A DNA stretch of 64,000 nucleotides from Octopus vulgaris (taxonomy: Eukaryota), in contig OX597829.1 of the NCBI GenBank assembly GCA_951406725.2, positions 56,482,001-56,546,000 on the forward strand, read 5' to 3'. The notes beneath the pieces were generated by a model. That model was not told where the DNA came from. It made no database searches and saw only the letters and a list, made by a program, of their open reading frames with translations. Below, in pieces: positions 53,501 to 64,000 of the stretch (its first letter is position 1; each line of letters starts with the position of its first letter). The position numbers and the translations under genes are program-made.

Positions 53501-55917
53501 GGAGTCAAATCTTGTTTCAGTCTTTTGAGACTTAGTTTCTATGGCTGGATGTCTTTCCTATCACCAACTTTTGCAGTGCATGCATTTATTGAGGTACCAA
53601 CAATGGGGATCTTTTATATTCACAAGACAAGACTAAAGGATTTTTTCAAACCAACACTGTCTGCTTGTTTGCCGATCTCTTTGCAGGGTTTCTGGGTACA
53701 TTTTATCATGGCACCAACACTAGTGAGGTTGCCTTGTGATCTGTAAGACAAAAGGATTGGCACTGCTCAATGTGGTTTCATTAAAAAATATCTCTTTTCC
53801 TTAAAGTTATGAGGGAAAACATTGGATCTTGTGAAAGTTCCAAAAGTCCTCTCTCCACCCCATGGTTTGTAGGCATAAATTTTTTGTTTTCCTATTCATC
53901 TAATACGCATTTTTTTTTACACCCATTACACTTGATTTTGTTTTTGTTTTGATACATCTCTTATGAATCTGAAAAATTTCAACTTTTCTTCACAAACATC
54001 TGATGTCACTCCTCCCCATCTTTTTCCATTCTATATATTGGCTATGTTCATTTATGTATGTGTAGACTTCTGAAACAGCAGGCAAAAAAAATATCATGCT
54101 TTCACTAGAAAACTCGATATACTTGAACTAACAGCTAAATGCCAGAAAAATAAGTTTTTCCTCATATCACTTTTATTTTACTACTTGATCATAAGATCTA
54201 TGAGAGATAAATGACATATTCATCTGCTAAAATCTTCAAAGTAATTCGATATGTTTGAAATAAGCGAGTTTATTTATTTTATCTAAGCTCGGGTTTATAA
54301 ATCCTCTTATCACAAATTACAAAATAAAAAAAAGTTGATTTCAATTGGTGGAGTTATGATTTTGCCCATGTGTACACTTCACCTGACCTAGCTGACAAAA
54401 AACCTATCACATCTCACTAAAAAATTAATACGTTTGAAATAACAGCTAAATGTCTGCTTTTCCTCATATCATTTTCATTTTACGACTCATAAGATTTATG
54501 AAAAATGAACGGCATAACTGCCTGCTAAAATCTTAAGAGTTATGAAAGATGAACGACGTAATCGCCTTGCCTGCTAAAATCCTAAGATTTATCACAAGAT
54601 GAATGATGTAATTGCCCGCTAAAATCCTAAGATTTATGAAAGATGAATGATGCAATTGCCTGCTTAAATCCTAAGATTTATGAAAGATGAATGAGTTGTT
54701 CCATACATTGATTTCAAGGCAAGAAATTCTTCCTCAATGTTGAATTTTGCAGTTATTGCACATATAAATATTCTTTTCTACTCTAGGCACAAGGCCCAAA
54801 ATTTTTAGTAAGGGGGCCAGTCGATTAGATTGACACCAGTATGCAACTGGTAATTAATTTATCAACCCCAAAAGGATGAAAGGCCAAGTTGACCTCGACG
54901 GAATATGAACTCAGACAGACAAAATACCTATTTCTTTACTGCCCACAAGGGGCTACACACAGAGGGGAGTAACAAAGACAGACAAACGGATTAAGTCGAT
55001 TAAATTGACCCCAGTCGATAACTGATACTTATTTAATCGACCCCGAAAGGATGAAAGGCAAAGTCGACCTTGGCAGAATTTGAACTCAGAACGTAAAAGC
55101 AGACAAAATACCTATTTCTATTTCTTTACTATCCACAAAGGGCTAAACATAGAGGGGACAAACAAGGACAGAGAAACGGATTAAGTCGATTATATCGACC
55201 CCAGTGCATAACTGGTACTTATTTAATCAACCCCGAAAGGATGAAAGGCCAAGTTGACCTTGGCGGAATTTGAACTCAGAATGTAATGGCAGGCAAAATA
55301 CCTATTTCGGATCTTTTCGCTTTGAACTTAGAATATGTGTTTATTAATAAAAGTTTAATAACGATAATCTTTTATTCATACGAACGTAACTGATATGAAA
55401 TATGTCATAAATAACATTGACACATTGATATGACACCGCCAGAAAATGTTGACAGACTACGGCAGAAATTGTATTCACCTCAATAGACGTCGTTGATTGG
55501 TTGAAATTGCCGAAATGCAAGAAATTAAACAACAAATAGCTTACAAACTACAGAATTTTCTCAAGAAATCCAAGAGAAAAAGATGTTTTATGTAACACAC
55601 TAGCAGTATACGAAGTTTAAAAGTGTTTAGTTAAAAAGAAATTATTTTAAAAATCTGCCGGTCAAAGTGAAAAGATCCCCTATTTCTTTACTACCCACAA
55701 GGGGCTAAACACAGAAGGGACAAACAAGGACAGACAGACAAACGGATTAAGCCGATTATATCGACCCCAGTCGATAACTGGTACTTATTTAATCGATCCC
55801 GAAAGGATGAAAGGCAAAGTCGACCTCGGCGGAATTTGAACTCAGAACGTAGCGGCAGACGAAATACCGCTGGACATTTCGCTCGTCGTGCTAACGATTC
55901 TGCCAAGCTCGCCGCCT

Positions 55918-56170
55918 TATTGCCTGTATAAATATTGTCATTTGAGCAGTATTAGACAGATCAGTTGTCTCATGAATAGCTAAGGAATACAATACAAATT
56001 CTGCTGAAACAGATTTTAGAGAATTTTTAATGTCATCAACGATATCTTTAATACGATCAGAAACAGTTGCTTTTGACAAGCTAATATTGCCAAACAAATT
56101 TTTTCTGATCATATAATATAATGATACATTCTTTCACGAATTCACCATCGCTATGTGGTTTGATTTTTCG
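55918..56170 (-). pseudogene. hAT (Charlie/SPIN/GTF2IRD2-like) transposase fragment
   Basis: KPHSDGEFVKECI, then a frameshift, then FGNISLSKATVSDRIKDIVDDI...YSLAIHETTDLSNTAQMTIFI. This resembles the hAT motifs SLSxxTVxxRI and FSLALDESTDxSxTAQLxIF. Confidence 0.85.
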
Positions 56171-56360
56171 TCGGTCTCCCTTCTCCACACAAGTATTGAC
56201 AAGCGAGTGGGTAGGGAAGGGCGATGGGAGACGAAAGAAATTCCGGTTGACCTTCTTGACACCGACTGATAGCAAAAATGTGACACCCCTTTCGAAAAAC
56301 GCTATTTTTTTGTGTAATATTTTTGGTTGTTTTGTTATACCTCGCAAAGTTGTCAACGAA

Positions 56361-56628
56361 CTGTCATCTGGATCTGCTTTGTTCGTTAATTTCCGTAAAA
56401 AAATTTTATTCATTTACTTTTGTTTTATAATGAAAGAGAGGAGAAAGTGAAAGATGTATGAAAGTGTGTGTGTAAAAGAGAGAGAAAGAGAGAGAGAGTG
56501 TGTCACTTTACAGGAAAACACATACGTTCTCTCTCTCTCTCTCACTCTCTCTCCCTCTCTCTCTCTCACGCACATGTACATACAAAAAAGATGTATGCAT
56601 ATGTATACATGACAACCCCCCTCCCTTC

Positions 56629-56667
<39 letters not shown>

Positions 56668-56784
56668 GCCCATTTCATTTTCACGTACATACATCTTTCA
56701 CTTTCTCCTCTCTTTGACTATAAAACAAAAGTAAAGTAAATAAATTTTTTAATTTTTACGGAAATTAACGAACATTGATGACAG
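56361..56784. repeat. Long inverted repeat (~100-bp arms) around GA/CT microsatellites; foldback/MITE-like
   Basis: 56361-56460 is the reverse complement of ~56688-56784 (gttcgttaatttccgtaaaaa / tttttacggaaattaacgaac; aaagagaggagaaagtgaaagatgtatg / catacatctttcactttctcctctcttt). Confidence 0.8.
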
Positions 56785-57889
56785 ATCTGCAAGTCAAAGC
56801 GAAAGATCGCAATATTGTTTTGTAATGCTATTGACAAAGCACCGAATTGGTAGTTTCTGTTTCTCTATTCTGGATATGAATAATTTTTATACTGTATCTT
56901 CTAACAACCCTTCAGCTTTCGTTTCATATTTAAAAAAAAATTATTTCTATACATTGCAATATATTTTTAGTTTTCTCAGCTAGAGTGTAGCTGGGTCTCA
57001 AGGGAAGGACACAAACCAAGCAATGTGTGTTTTAGAGTGGAAACAAAATTTCCAAGCAAATGGCAATTAGCGGAGGATTTCAGTTCGAGTTTGACCGTTT
57101 TAAGTCGTAGTGGAAACCGGACCTATGTCGCAAATAAGTATACGAGTATTGTATAGATTTTATAATTGAAAAATTTACTTTATTTTGTACATACGAGTAT
57201 ATTAACCTTGCTAAGGCAGAAGTAACAATAGATGAAGATATAGACATCTGATTTTGTATTGAGTGCGAAAATGCGGCTATTGTCAAATGACGTTGTTAGA
57301 TGGATACTGTCTTTACATAATATAAAACGACGCGTCTTAATCTTTGGACACCGGTGAGAAACGGATGAGACGGCGAGCAATAATAAAGTTCGAATAAAAA
57401 GCCTTATTTGAACCGGTTTGTGACATTTAGTTTTGATACCAAGTGACGAATTATTTTCGTTTAGCAAATAATTTGTACTGAAACTTTACCCAGTCACAGT
57501 TGTATTGAACTATTTTGATCCACAACAAACCCGTCTTGAGTACGCATGCACTCGTCTAACATCCACAGAAAAAAAAAATAGACATTGTCGCCGTGGAAAC
57601 GTAGAGAGAAATTTTGTATCGAAATAAGTTATCTTTTGCATACCTTGCTTTTAGTTTATTGCATTAATCCCAGCAAAGTACTCCAAGTTTAGTCATTGGC
57701 CATGTTCGTCCCAGCACGATTCCACACACACTTTGTTAACGTGCAGTTTAGATTCATAAAATAGTGAAAATAAAGTGTTTTAAGAAAACGAAAGTCTTTG
57801 CAATACAAACCGGAAATTACTACGGACACTGCGTAATTTCAGATAAACACTTTGTGGCGTCGACGTTGTCGGATGTCCATTGTAGGTCA

Positions 57890-58560
57890 ATGTTGACTGT
57901 TCTATTCAGAAACCATCTCTGACAAGTTCACATGAAGGCTACAAGGCCTGCTCTTGATCTGCTGTAGACGAAGTTGTTTTACACAATGGAGAAAAGACGC
58001 GTTTCATGTGCTCTTTCGTATTCTCTGTTGTTCAATAGCTTGAATTAAGAGCCTCAGCAGTTGTTGAAGTGCCTTCCCTCAGGTGTCTGCAGAGACGTCG
58101 GGGTTCTTCATATGTCTCTTTAGCACATCGCAACCTTTGGCCCCCATGGCCCTTCCTGACCTGACGCAATTTAACGTAGAAAATTGCTTTTGGGAGCCAG
58201 CTGCCCTCCATCTTGCAAACATGTCCCTCACAGCACAGCTGCGATGAGGCAATGATAGCCTCCACACTAACTGTGCCAGTGTGGTGCACAACTTCTATAT
58301 CAGGAATGTGATCCTACCACCATCAGATATGCAAGATGGAGCACAGATGACGTTGGGTTCACGTCAGCAATACAGGATCATGCACTCTGTGATGCAGAGG
58401 AGGCAAAACAGCACTGTGGCACTCTACACCTTTATCTTCATATTGTGGGTAATATCTCGGAAGTTCTGCAGACACTTCTCTGGAGAGCCAAGAACCTTTG
58501 CAGCCAAATGTATTCGCCTCTCAAAGTCACTGTGCTGCCAAGATAAGTAAAGGCTTCCAT
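57890..58560 (-). mobile_element. RTE/BovB-like LINE 3' fragment
   Basis: KIKVYRATVL, and QLCCEGHVCKMEGSWLPKAIFYVKLRQVRKGHGGQ resembling QLRWAGHVxRMxxxRLPKxxFYGEL...GGQ. Confidence 0.7.
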
Positions 58561-59714
58561 GTACTGCCACTAGCTCAGCTTCACTCAATCAACAAAGATG
58601 TCTTGATGATGATGATGATGATGGCAGGTAGAGCAGTTCAGTCTTTGAAATGTTGCTCTTGAGATGAAAAATGTCTGGAGCACAACAAAACAGATCCACA
58701 ATGTGTTGCATGTCCTCAAAGCTATTGGACGTCACAAATGCTGAGTTGTCTATGTTGAGCAAATCCCTGACATATTCTTCCTTGATTTTGGTGTCCTTGA
58801 AAAAATGAAAGTGTTCTGCAATAGAAACTGGAAGTAACGACAGTGATTACCAATTTTCTATGAATCGCATTTGATGTCCGATATTATGCTTCTTTTGTGA
58901 ATCTCTGCAACTTCTATACTCATGAAATTGTCAACCATTCACTCAATTTTGTAGATCCAAATGATGACAGCATCCATACACATATTATAGAAGGGTGATG
59001 GATGCTCACTGAGTGACAATGTGGCAATAGTGATAATTTATTTAACATGTCTTTTTAGGAGCATGTGTGGAGAGACAAATTTAGAGATCGTGAAAAGCTA
59101 TTCATGCATCTTATTTTCTGCATCACTACTAAAAAGCTCAATATGCTTGAAATAAAAGCTAAATGCCAGGAAAATATGTTTTTCCTCAGATCACTTTCAT
59201 TTTACGACTCAGTCATAAGATTCATGAGAGATAAATGTCATATTCAACCACTAAAATCCTCAAAAATCAGTGGAATCGTTCGATCTCCATACACGAATTA
59301 TTTTCCTCCTGACTTGTAAATAAGTACACATATTAGGCACACCTTTCTATAATCCACGCACTAAATTTTCCAGGTAAAAAATAGCAGCTTATACACCAGA
59401 AATTACGGTAATTGTAGTAACAGTGACAAGTTCACTCTCTGGTTGGTAGTTGATAGTGTAGAGGTGGCTATCTGCCAGTCAAGAGGGAAAGAGTAAGGAA
59501 TACACGATGCTGACTAGAAAGGATAAAGGTGTCATTGTCTTTCTTGCAGTGGAAAGCTTCTCTTTTGTGTCAGCTATGACCAAGGAGCAACACTTTCCCT
59601 TCACTCTTTGTCTAACATATGAATAGAAAAGAGTGGTGACATTTAGTAGAGATGACCCGGAAATTGTTCCTCTTCAATTACTATCGCAAAGAGCAGTAGC
59701 TTTCTTCAAGTGAA

Positions 59715-59908
59715 TACATGTCGTTGATTGGTTAAAATTACCCAAATATGACAACTTTAATACAAAATAACTTCTAAAATACGAAATTTTGTCAAATATG
59801 TTCAAAGAAAACTATGTTCAGCATGAGAAATTACACCAGTATACAAAGTTTCAAACTGTTTAGTAAAAAAAAAAATTAATTAAAACGTGAGTGAAACTGA
59901 ACAGATCC
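59715..59908 (+). mobile_element. Diverged right half of the GATCC-ended MITE family
   Basis: gtcgttgattggtt.aaatt...cagtatac.aagttt.aa..tgtttagt...agatcc aligns with 21833-22022. Confidence 0.6.
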
Positions 59909-60129
59909 ATAACTTCTGTTACATTAGGAAGTAATTAACTGATCAACATTTATTGAAGTTAACTTTCTGTTAAACGATTTACAAAGTTAACTTTTCGATT
60001 TATGGTGCCCACATTTGGATATATATATATTTACATTTACATTATGTAAGTGTAAATATGTAGTTTACAGTACTGCAAATTAAAGTCTTATTCACATTAT
60101 CTATATTATTGTTTATTTCTGGATGGTGA

Positions 60130-60910
60130 GCATTTGTGAGCCCCTTTTGTGATGTATGTTTTCCACAACATGTCTCCTTGACAAAGCTGCAGTCTTGGAT
60201 GAAGGAACAACCTGGACACCTGGCTCCAAGAGAGTCATCAGGTACTGGCAACCCCTCTACCACTTAGGCAATGAGATAAGTGGTGGGGAAGTGCAATAAC
60301 ATTCTCAGGGAGACTCTAGGCATTGACGAAAATGAATTGGCTAATTTGTTCCAGAGGACTTTTTGGTTAAGGATTACCATGGATAATTTCCAGATGTCCT
60401 TGACCTCAAAGTGCTATCAATGGGCACTACCTTTTCAAGACATCCTCTGCAGGCACAGATGTGCTGTCAGACAATGTGTGCACAGAACCATAAAACCATT
60501 CTACATGCACCTGAACAGCTGCTGTCATGTGTGAGATGAATCTGTCTATCAGCCAAGTCCATAGTGATGCTTGCCCTGCTGGTTGGGCAGGTAAGGCAGT
60601 TTTCCTTTGCTTGATGGCTATGATAAAAGAACTTGGCTGGTGGATGAGGTTGAAAGGCATGAGGACAGAGACATCCCTCTTTGTCTTTTTCAAGTTTCAC
60701 TTCAAAAGGAAAATGGGGATAAAGGGGGAGGTGCTGTCCTTGAGCGAATTTATTGAAAGTTGCAAAAATGGCAAGAGAGGATGGTACCACTCTAAATATA
60801 GACCTGTGAGTTAGAGATGAGGAATTCTAGAGGGCACATGACCTCGGTGTCCAGGGAGATCTTGGGATAATGGGGTTCCACAATTATCCCTACAGGTCCT
60901 CCTGTATCAG
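60130..60910 (+). mobile_element. Degraded LINE 3' fragment, possibly L1/Tx1 clade
   Basis: MDNFQMSLTSKCYQWALPFQDILCRH and WWMRLKG...FFKFHFKRKM...LSEF remnants. Confidence 0.45.
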
Positions 60911-62029
60911 AAGGATCAGATCATCTTCATCATTTTCTTGTAACTGATGTATAGTTGTGAATTGGACAGTGCTGCTCTTCTTTGGGTTTCCTGCTGCATT
61001 ATGGGTTCATATGATATCACAGGTAAGAATGTGTCCAAATGTTCTCTGAACACATCTACACTTTGCAAATCTCCAAAATTGTTTAGCAGTGTTGAAAAAT
61101 CATGGGCCTTTGAAACTGTAAACTGTTACAGTACTGGGTTTGCTCTAGATGGAAGGGACAAGACGATGATCAATCTATTTTCAGCAATTTCTAACTTTGT
61201 AAGGTATGATAATGTGCATTATCACCAAAAGCTGAAACCTAGTTTTGATAAATGATGTTTTGAGGATACGGAGAACAATATTGAATTAAAAAGTTTGTTT
61301 CCCAACCACATGATTTCAGGTTCAGTCCCACTCCATGGCACATTGTGCAAGTATCTTCTACTATAGCCCTGAGGCTGACCAAAGCCTTATGGATGGATTT
61401 GGTGAAAGAAGCCCATTCTACACATATGTATGTGTATAGGCATGTGCTTGTGAGTGTGTATGTGCTTGCATCTCCCTATCTTGACATTTTTTGATCATTG
61501 TAAATGAATTGGATTCATTTTCAATATTCAGCAAAATCCTATTTGGCCAAAGGGAAATATAATTTGTCTTGGAAACAGGTAATAATTGGTGACAGGAAAA
61601 GTATCTGGCCAGAGAAAATCTACCTCAAATAAACTCCATCCCAGCTTTGTAGGCATTGATGATGATGATGATGACAGTGATGTTGTCACAAATTGTGAAT
61701 GATGGTAATGTTGTTGGTTACAAGTTTCCAATTGTCTCCAACTGCTGGTTCACTTCATTTCTATGCCAAGAGTGATAAGGAAGTACATGTAACTTGATGC
61801 AGAACATCTCAAGAGTTTGAACCATAAAGCACCATATTTTCAAGTGATGGTGGGCATCTCATTGACATTTATATCACTTTAGAATGTTTATTAGTCAAGT
61901 ACAGATAAAGTTTGTGTGTGTGCGTGTTTTTTTTTTCAGGCCCCTTTCTTCATTGTTAATGTCAAGAATTAAGTACAGCATTTAAAATTCAAGTAGCTGT
62001 TTTCAAGATTCCATTTAGAGCCTGGTGTG

Positions 62030-62625
62030 TAGTCATAAATTTGTGAGGAGAGATCGCATGATGCCTGTGTATGTACATCTATGCTAAATGACAGTGAAAC
62101 TTTGACTACAGAGGACTTGTGTGGACTTGAAAGAAATGAAGCCAGCATTCCCCACTGAATGGGTAATATCAGTGTGCACACACACACAACTGAGTGTAAA
62201 TGATTTAAGAGGCATCAGATGATGTGTGCAAGAGGTAAGACTGTGCTGGTTTGGTCATGTGATGCCAAGCTCTAATTGTGGAGAGTACCTATGGAAGGGG
62301 TAAACCCACGAAGACATGGGGTGGAGTGGTGAGAAAGGATCTTTGGATGCTGGGCTTCACTGACAAAATGAGAAGCAACCAGTAAAATCTCTGTCATCCA
62401 TACATAAAGCCTTGTCCTTTACAGATGCTGGTACCATAAAATACACTCGTGCCGGTGCTGTATAAATGCGTCCATGCCAGTGGTTGGTGTTGGGAAGAGC
62501 ATCCAGCCATAGAAACCATGCTACAACTGACAATTGGAGCCTGGAGTGTTCCCCAGCTTGACCAGTTCCATGTCAAACCATCCAACTCATGCCAGCATGG
62601 AAAACAGGCGTTAAATGATGATGAA
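62030..62625 (+). mobile_element. Degraded RTE 3' end (RT C-terminus + 3' UTR)
   Basis: gaaagaaatgaagccagcatt (ERNEAS), ggtttggtcatgtgatg, then the tail gccagcatggaaaacaggcgttaaatgatgatg. Confidence 0.8.
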
Positions 62626-62939
62626 AATGGGAATGTAAGATTTGAAATGATCATATGAAGAATAGGAGAGCAAGTGATAACCCACTGTCCCCATCCCTTA
62701 TATTTTGTGTTTATTATATGCCAGACATTGGTAGTTTCTTGTGTAAACACAATCGTCATGCCAGGTTGTTTTTTTGTTTGTTTTTGTAGAAGGTGGTTGC
62801 ATTTATTGTTGCAGTGATGGAACCTTCACAAGTTATTTCTTAATTTAAATGAGCCATCTTCAACTAGCCAGAAACAACTATTTTCACTAATTCATTATCT
62901 AAATCAGAAGTTCGTCATTATTTTTTACTTAATGATCCT

Positions 62940-63154
62940 TTCACTTTTATTTTACCCTACTGGACCTCCATAGCCATTTGATGTTTACTAAAAAATATCC
63001 CACAATTTTTTTTTTATTAGGAATTGTATATAAAAAGAATTAAAATATTTTGTATACTGTAAAAGTATAACCGATTTATTGTACATAAATTTCAATAGCA
63101 AAATCTGTTATGGACCCCTACTAAGGGCCATGTGGGCTCTAGTTGAGAACCACT
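62940..63154. mobile_element. hAT-type MITE end
   Basis: Terminates in gttgagaaccactg (Charlie-type TIR CAGTGGTTCTCAAC). Confidence 0.5.
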
Positions 63155-63469
63155 GATCTAAATTATACCTCAGTACAACTCATCATGAAACCTGATAGAA
63201 ATGACAGGAAAGGCATCCCACCAAGGGAAATCTTTCTAAATAAACCAATTGATATACACTCATGAATTGTATATCACATACAACCCACCCCCTTTTTTTT
63301 TTCTTCCACTTGTTTAAAACAATAATGGTCTTTTGAATATTTTCAGTCTTTCTTAACCATTTTTTTCATTTTCTAAACAAAACACACATTGACATTTTTG
63401 TTTTCTTTCTCAAACTCAACGGCAAATATAAATTCCTCAAGAAATATTTTGCATATTCTGCGTCTGAAT

Positions 63470-63660
63470 GCAGCTAGCAGAATCATCAACATGCCAGGTA
63501 AAATGCTTAGTGGCATTTCTTCTGGCTCTTTATGTTCAAATTCTGCCAATGTTGTCTTTGCCTTTCATCCTTTCAGGATCGATAAAATAAGTACCAGTCA
63601 TGTACTGAGGTTGATGTAAATCCTCCTCATCTGAAACTACTGTTCTTGTGCCAAAATTTT
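63470..63660 (+). mobile_element. Degraded SINE just upstream of the TM11-12 exon
   Basis: gcctttcatcctttcaggatcgataaaataagtaccagt central block. Confidence 0.7.
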
Positions 63661-63721
63661 ATAATCAATGTCATTCAGTGTGTCACCACTCATATTATTG
63701 TTATTTATTTATTTATTTCAG

Positions 63722-63899
63722 GTGCCTGTGGCCTTACCCATAATTTTGTTCTTTGTGAGTCTGATAATTGTAGCATTAACATTTTATGAAAAACCATATG
63801 AGAGCCTTTTCGCCACTGGAGTTGTTGCTGTTGGTTGTCTCATATATTTATTCTGTGTGAGATGGAAGAATAAACCTTTGAAAATGAGGACTATATTAT
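63722..63899 (+). CDS. SLC7 transporter exon, TM11-TM12
   Basis: tatttcag|...|gtaagt, 178 bp, phase 0 after RPIK. VPVALPIILFFVSLIIVALTFYEKPYESLFATGVVAVGCLIYLFCVRWKNKPLKMRTIL. The exon-size series 124/104/97/150/178 matches my recollection of vertebrate LAT1-type gene structure. Confidence 0.95.
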
Positions 63900-64000
63900 G
63901 TAAGTATTTATAAACAGGATTTTATTACATATTACACAAATTCATTCAATATTTCAACATTAACCCTTTAGTGTTTAAACTAGCCCCCATATCTAGGGCC

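Larger units (their letters stand above)
18834..55953 (+). repeat. Ten-unit tandem segmental amplification (macrosatellite), unit ~3.46-3.77 kb
   Basis: Unit starts at 18834, 22293, 26062, 29830, 33554, 37323, 41046, 44769, 48536, 52219; array ends 55953. The same short ORFs recur with this period. Length differences are mostly multiples of 44 bp. Confidence 0.98.

Noticed and set aside
19870-55906. Recurrent 63-90-aa ORFs (MRLSFYGW..., MLFNFLHF..., MVSKYCSN...) as a tandem gene family
   Set aside because: They start at non-ATG codons and lie in an RTE tail, a MITE and a SINE. They recur only because the DNA is duplicated.
18834-55953. Pure assembly artefact
   Set aside because: Disfavoured but not excluded. 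Units differ by structured VNTR variants and shared SNPs, and the junction has its own sequence. Single-base homopolymer differences may still be errors.
59320-59411. Tc2/pogo-like terminal repeat (...gaaattacggta)
   Set aside because: Only one end was seen, with no partner TIR, so it is too weak to annotate.
63668-63913. Stand-alone 81-aa membrane protein
   Set aside because: It is the SLC7 exon 63722-63899 read through its flanking intron sequence.

Overview
AT-rich, repeat-dense animal genomic DNA. The SINE/RTE/Penelope repertoire and (TA)n tracts look like a cephalopod such as Octopus (inference). The whole window lies inside one + strand gene, an SLC7 L-type (heteromeric) amino-acid transporter light chain. 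Five consecutive internal exons (3878-4001, 11561-11664, 16056-16152, 18744-18893, 63722-63899) splice in frame and encode roughly TM7-TM12. The dominant feature is a ~37-kb array of ten near-identical ~3.5-3.8-kb tandem units (18834-55953) in the 44.8-kb intron. The left breakpoint is inside a coding exon, so nine extra copies of the exon's last 60 bp and its intact GT donor sit in the intron. The right breakpoint is inside a hAT transposase relic, and the two ends share a GTATT microhomology. Each unit also carries a 44-bp VNTR (10-17 copies), a SINE multimer, a GG-ended MITE with an 8-bp TSD, and an in-frame acceptor+stop 70 nt after the donor. The other introns hold RTE LINEs (one family with a PHD-like finger inside the RT), a mariner relic, Penelope fragments with minimal hammerhead-ribozyme motifs, SINEs and microsatellites. 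All calls come from reading the sequence by eye; no searches were run.
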